A stretch of DNA of 64,000 nt from assembly GCF_044704955.1 (NCBI RefSeq), contig NC_091989.1, positions 21,948,001 through 22,012,000 of the forward strand, read 5' to 3'. The stretch comes from Pristiophorus japonicus (Eukaryota). Below the pieces are notes generated by a model. The model was not told the origin of the DNA. It ran no database searches and saw only the letters and a list, made by a program, of their open reading frames with translations. Made by a program: the position numbers and the translations under genes. Every line of letters starts with the position of its first letter. Within the stretch, counting starts at the first letter, position 1. Shown here in pieces: positions 58,012 through 64,000 of the stretch.

Positions 58012-60866
58012 GGGCTAGATTTTCCACTTTTGTACTTATCGCCCCAAAATAGGCGTTATTTCCGGCATGGGCGGTAAAAAAGGGTTTTCGCCCATTCTCA
58101 AAGCACCTAGTCTCCATTTTTTAAAATGCGATATGAAATGGGCGGTAGTGTTAAATCTCGCTGATGTTTTGCCTAAAAGTGTCGCCGTCCTTAGCAACGG
58201 CATGGCAACGTTCGATTCCTGCGATTCAGGATGTCAAAGGTCATCATGACATGCACAGAAGAGGAGAAAGAGAGAGAGAGAGCTCAGAGGGACTGAAGGC
58301 GTGTGTGGCTATGGTGTGTGCTTGTTTGGCTGTTGTGGGAAGCACGAGGGAGATTCACCAGCAGAAAAAAGCCTCAGCACCAAGAACATAGTTGGCACCG
58401 AGTTTTTGTCCAACACATAAGATATAACATGGAAGGGATGGTGGAGGCCCTGGAGCTGTAGCCAGGAACGCTGGTGGCAGAGGGCTCCCAGTGGTCCCGG
58501 AGCACGGCACTGCACCCTAAGGTTGCCGCACCTCGATTGCCAACCACACGAGAGCCAGCAGCAACATCTTGCTTCTGGCTCGGAGCACGATCCCACCTTA
58601 GGACCGTCCTCTCCCGTATCCGTCCAAGCAGCGTTTCGGCCGTCATCCACCCTTCCCCCACCCCCCAATGAAGCATCGCCTGAGGAGCTCCTTGGCCAGG
58701 CGGCTTGCAGTCAGAAGGGGAAGGGGTAGAGGTGTGGAGGAGAAGTGGGGGTGGGGGGGGGGAAGGATTTTTTTTTACAGAGATATTTATGATTTCAGAC
58801 AAATGTTCGGTTTAAAATATTTTTTATTTAACAAAACCTTGTTGCGCATTGGCTCAGATAGCTGCACCGTTACACACTGGTGATTCCTTAACATCAAAGG
58901 ATATAATGACACTTAACTTCAATCAACTTAAACTTTAACTGTCACCAAGGTGATGCCCACCATTGATGTATCACCTGCAAACCCAGCAGTGTGTCAGCCT
59001 TGTAAATAACACCAACGTTCTTTCAGGCAAAGCGGTCATTGATGAGCTCATGACATAAGGTTCTTGCAGCTATCATGCACCACGGGCACTTTAATGCGGT
59101 GTACAGGGGTACGGGGGCATGGCTTCAGCGTCAACCTGATTGTCTGGGCTGATGTCAACATTCGTCTCCTCGTCCTCCTCTTCCTCGCTCTGGTGAGGTG
59201 GACTGTCAGACTCATCAGGCAATTCTTGTCCCCTCCTGATAGCCAAGTTGTGCAACATGTAGCACACCACCACGAATTGAGCTACCTGTTCAGGGTGGTA
59301 TTGGAAGTCGCCTCCTGAATGGTCCAGGCATCTAAAGCGCTGTTTCAGCACTCCAATGGTTTTCTCCACGATATTGCGAGTGGCTCTGTGGCTCTCGTTG
59401 TATTGCCTCTCGGCTTCGATGTGGGTGTCACACAGGGGGCTCATCAGCCAGGTGGCGAGGCCATATCCTTTGTCACCAAGCATCCAGCATTGACCTTGTG
59501 GCTGATTGGTAAACAAGACAGATACAGTGCTCTCATGCATCATGTGAGCATCATGGATGCTGCCCGGAAATTGAGCATTCACTGCCAGTATAATTTGCTG
59601 GTGGTCAACAACCAGTTGGACATTCAGGGAGTGGAATCCCTTGCAGTTCCTGAAAGCCTCTACATCCTGAAAAGGTGCCTGCATCGCGATGTGCGTACAG
59701 TCTATTGCTCCCTGCACCTTGGGGAAGTTTGCAATTCTGGAGAATCCTAGAACCCTCTCACTCTGTGCCTCCCTGGTCAAAAGGAAGCTGATCAAGTCCC
59801 TCCTGCATGCGTACAGGGCTTCAGTGACCTGTCTAATGCAGTAATGTGTGGCATGCTGAGAAAGTCCGCAAATGTCGCCAGCTGTGGCCTGAAAAGAACC
59901 CGAGGTGTAGAACGATAGTGCCACGGTGACGGACAGTGCAGTACTGATGATGCTGACAGGCTGCAGATCTCCCGTTATCAGCTGGCATACCTCAGTGATA
60001 ACCACTTTGTGGAAGCGCAGTCTCTGAAGGCAGGTGGTGTCGGGCAAGTCGAGGTAAGACTGCTTCTAGCTGTACTTGCAGGGGGTGGTCCTCCTCATCA
60101 GTCTGGCACGTCTTACATTGGGCACATAATGCTGTGGAGCGTACCTTCGGTGATCTTGAGTCTGCTGCATGTAATTGGTCATCAAGAGAGGGTGAGAAAA
60201 GACAGGCCCCATTGCAATAGCTCTCTGTTTTCCACCGATTGGTCACAAACAATGAATGTCCCGACGAAAACACCTATTCAATTCCAATCAGTCACAGTAT
60301 GGTCAAGATATTGGTACAGATGTTCACATCAACTCCACAGTACATCCGAACTCCTCCGAGGTTGAAGCACAGCAGCCTTTTAAAGGATACAATATGTGAT
60401 GTAGAACATGGCGTCCATAACTCTGTGATTAATTCCGGTTAGTTCCACTTTTTCTGGGTGTTTTTTTCGGTGAGCGATATTGTGGGCAATATGTGTGCGA
60501 GGTGGTGAAGGTGACGCTGGGCGATCTCATGGCCGCTACTTTCGGTAAATATGCTCTTTACGACAAAAAAAAGTGGGCGGGTGGTATTATTGAATCTCGG
60601 TGTTAAATCAGTGCGGAAATTAATGCTGGGCAATATTATGGGCATTGATTTCGCCCATTCTGATGATTCCGCACAAAAAAAGTGGGCAGACGGTATTATT
60701 TTTTCCCGGCGTTAAGCACATGGGGAAAGTAACACTTGCCGATAAGTTTCCGAAAAATGCCCATCAGTTTCCATTTTCTGACTAAATGGACGATAACTGG
60801 GCGTTATATGTCATTTCAGCGGTAAAGTGGGCGTGAAGCATGCAAAAAAAGTGGAGGTTCTAGCCC
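58012..60866. mobile_element. Harbinger-B DNA transposon with the Myb-like gene largely deleted
   Basis: Inverted termini GGGCTAGA...TCCACTTTT / AAAAGTGGA...TCTAGCCC; 3-bp target duplication CAT. Confidence 0.92.
59091..60212 (-). pseudogene. Harbinger-B DDE transposase, catalytic region open for 318 codons, stop near the N-terminus
   Basis: GAIDCTHI, FPGSIHDA, LGDKGY, IVEKTIGVLKQRFRCL. Confidence 0.9.
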
Positions 60867-61554
60867 CATGAGGGTAATCTTTGTGTGGAGGCAGAAGATG
60901 TTGGTATGTTTCTTAATGAATACTTTGCGTCTGTTTTCACAAAGGAAAGGGGCAGATACTGCTATCAAGGAGGAGTGTGAAATTCTGGATGAAATAAACA
61001 TAGTGAGAGAGGAGGTATTAGGGAGTTTAGCAGCTTTGAAAGTAGATAAGTCTTCAGGCCCAGGTCTTGCATTCCAGGCTGTTGAGCAAAGTAAAAGAGG
61101 AAATAGCAGAGGCCTTGACCATCATTTTCAAGTCCTCTTTAGATTGGGCATGGAGGACTGGAGGATTGCTAGTGTGGTACCCTTGTTTAAGAGAGAAAGG
61201 GATAGGCCGAGTAATTACAGGCCTGTCAGCATAACCTCAGTGGTGGGAAAATTATTAGAAAAAATCCTGAAAAACAGGATAAATCTACATTTAGAAAGGC
61301 AAGGATGAATTAGGGACAGTCAGCACGGATTTGTTAAGGGAAGATTGTGTTTGACTAGCCTGATTGAATTTTTTGAGGAGGTAACCAAGAGGGTCGATGG
61401 GGGTAGTGCATATGATGTAGTGTATATGGACTTTAGCAAAGCTTTTGATAAGGTCCCAAATGGTAGACTGGTCATGAAGGTTAAAGCCCATGGGATCTAG
61501 GCAAAGTGACAAGTTGGATCCAAAATTGGTTTAGAGGTAGGAAGCAAAGGGTAA

Positions 61555-62497
61555 TAAGAACATAAGAACATAAGAATTAGGAAAAGGAGTAGGCCATCTA
61601 GCCCCTTGAGCCTGCTCCGCCATTCAACAAGATCATGGCTGATCTGGCCATGGACTCAGCTCCACTTACCCGCCCGCTCCCCATAACCCTTAATTCCCTT
61701 ATTGGTTAAAAATCTATCTATCTGTGACTTGAATACATTCAATGAGCTAGCCTCAACTGTTTCCTTGGGCAGAGATTTCCACAGATTCACAATCCTCTCG
61801 GAGAAGAAATTCCTTCTCAACTCGATTTTAAATTGGCTCCCCCGTATTTTGAGGCTGTGCTCCCTAGTTCTAGTCTCCCCGACCAGTGGAAACAACCTCT
61901 CTGCCTCTATCTTGTCTATCCCTTTCATGATTTTAAATGTTTCTATAAGATCGCCCCTCATCCTTCTGAACTCCAACGAGTAAAGACCCAGTCTACTCAA
62001 TCTATCATCATAAGGTAACCCTCTCATCTCCGGAATCAGCCTAGTGGATCGTCTCTGTACCCCCTCCAAAGCTAGTATATCCTTCCTTAAGTAAGGTAAC
62101 CAAAACTGCACGCAGTACTCCAGGTGCGGCCTCACCAATACCCTATACAGTTGCAGAAGGACCTCCCTACTTTTGTACTCCATCCCTCTCGCAATGAAGA
62201 CCAACATTCCATTCGCCTTCCTGATTACCTGCTGCACCTGCAAACTAACTTTTTGGGATTCATGCACAAGGACCCCCAGGTCCCTCGGCACCTCAGCATG
62301 TTGTAATTTCTCCCCATTCAAATAATATTCTCTTTTACTGTTTTTTTCCCCAAGGTGGATGACCTCACACTTTCCGACATTGTATTCCATCTACCAAACC
62401 TTACCCCATTCGCTTAACCTATCTAAATCTCTTTGCAGCCTCTCTGTGTCCTCCACACAACCCGCTTTCCCACTAATCTTTGTGTCATCTGCAAATT
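61555..62497 (-). mobile_element. 5'-truncated CR1 (TTCTTATG-tail subfamily)
   Basis: ORF 61656-62390; tail repeats at 61555. Confidence 0.94.
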
Positions 62498-64000
62498 GTT
62501 GATGGATGTTTTTGTGTCTGGAAGGATGTTTCCAGTGGGTTCCGCAGGGCTCAGTACTGAGTCCTTTGCTTTATGTGGTATGCATCAATGATCTAGATTT
62601 GAATATAGCGAGTATGATGAAGAAGTTTGCAGATGACACTAAAATTGGCTGTGTGGTTGATAATGAAGAGGAAAATCATGGACTGCAGGAGGATATCAAT
62701 CTACTGGTCAGGTGAGCAGAACAGTGGCAAATGGAATTTAATTTGGATAAGTGTGAGGTAATGCACTTGGGGAGGGCTAATATGGAAAGGGTAGAAAGTG
62801 TAGATGAACAAAGGGACCTTGGAGTGCTTGTCCACAGATCCCTGAAAGTAGCAGGCCAGGTGGATAAGGTGGTTAAGAAGGCATATGGAATGCTTGCCTT
62901 TATTGGCTGAGGCATAGAATACAAGAGCAGGAGGTTATGCTTAAAATGTATAATACTTTGGTTAGGCCACAGCTGGAGTACTGCATGCAGCTCCGGTCGC
63001 CGTATTATAGGAAAGATGTGATTGCACTAGAGAGGGTGCAGAGGAGATTTACTAGGATGCTGCCTGGAATGGAGAATCTTACCTATGAGGACAGATTAGA
63101 TAGGCTGGGTTTATTCTCATTGGAACAGAGGAGGTTGAGAAGAGACCTCATTGAGGTGTATAAAATTTTGAGGGGCCTGGATATAGTGAATAGCAAGGGC
63201 CTATTTCCCTTGGTGGAGGGGTCAATTACAAGGGGGCATAATTTTAAGGTGATTGGTGGAAGGTTTAGAGGGGATTTGAGGAGAGGCTTCTTCACGCAGA
63301 GGGTTGTAGGGGTCTGGAACTCACTGCCTGGAAGGGGGTGGATGCAGAAACCCTCACCACATTTAAAAGGTGCTTGGATGGGCATTTAAAGTGCCGTAAC
63401 CTGCAAGGTTACGGACCTAGAGCTGATAAGTGAGATTAGACTGGATAACCTCTTGTTGGCTGGTGTAGACATGATGATAAGTACTGCAGGGAATCGAATA
63501 CTGCCAGGGTGATCTCCAGGACTAGTTTCGATCGCCTGGATGGGTCGGAGAGGAATTTTCCCAGATTGTTTTCTCCAATTGGCCTGGGTTTTTAATGTTT
63601 TTTTGCCTCTCCCAGGAAATCACATGGCTCCGGTTGGGGTGGAGTGTAGAATGTTGCGATGCAGGGGGTGTCGCAGTTGTGTGGGGCAGACTGGTTGGGC
63701 CGGATGCTCTTTACCTTTCCGCCATTATTCATTGTTCATAGGTTTATACGTAACTTTCAGGGCTACTGACCGAGGGCTGTGTGGCTCTTTGTCGGCCAGC
63801 GCAGACATGATGGACCGAAATGGCCTCCTTCTGTGCTAATTTAAGATAATTGACAAAGGAGCCAGGAGATGAAATTTGTTTTTAACTCAGCAATTTATGT
63901 TAATCTGGAATGTATTGCCGAAAAGGGTGGTAGAAGTAGATTCAATAGTAATTTTCAAATGGGAAATGGATATATAGATAAAAAGGAAACATTTGCAGGG

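Larger units (their letters stand above)
55561..63837 (+). mobile_element. CR1 subfamily A, copy 2, apparently full length, with nested Harbinger-B and CR1
   Basis: GC-rich repeated 5' UTR, ORF1 from ATG 55833, decayed ORF2, long 3' UTR matching 11330-11760. Confidence 0.92.

Noticed and set aside
59091-60047. Domesticated HARBI1 host gene
   Set aside because: It lies between terminal inverted repeats with a target duplication inside a CR1 and has an upstream stop, so it is a transposon copy
1-64000. CRISPR arrays, rRNA or tRNA genes, prokaryotic systems
   Set aside because: No repeat-spacer arrays or intact RNA genes seen; the content is vertebrate transposon DNA

Overview
This is eukaryotic DNA, almost entirely transposon-derived, most likely from a cartilaginous fish (shark-type CR1 LINEs, a SacSINE1-like DeuSINE, L2, RTE, Mag-like Gypsy LTR elements and PIF/Harbinger transposons). 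The window is a set of nested insertions up to four levels deep. It holds about 14 CR1 pieces from several subfamilies (one with an open 993-codon ORF2), five Gypsy proviruses or derivatives all on the minus strand plus one solo LTR, and Harbinger elements with transposase and Myb-like genes plus two MITEs. Only about 2-3 kb looks unique; it contains one candidate host exon (33659-33817) and a recent ~250-bp inverted duplication. The strongest leads are: a slippery heptamer directly before the ORF1 stop with ORF2 open in the -1 frame in two CR1 subfamilies (candidate programmed frameshift); CTCF-like motifs in the U3 region of every LTR family; a Gag-deleted Pol-open Gypsy and a Gag-protease-only Gypsy; and a structured module captured in a CR1 3' UTR. 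All calls are by eye, with no database searches.
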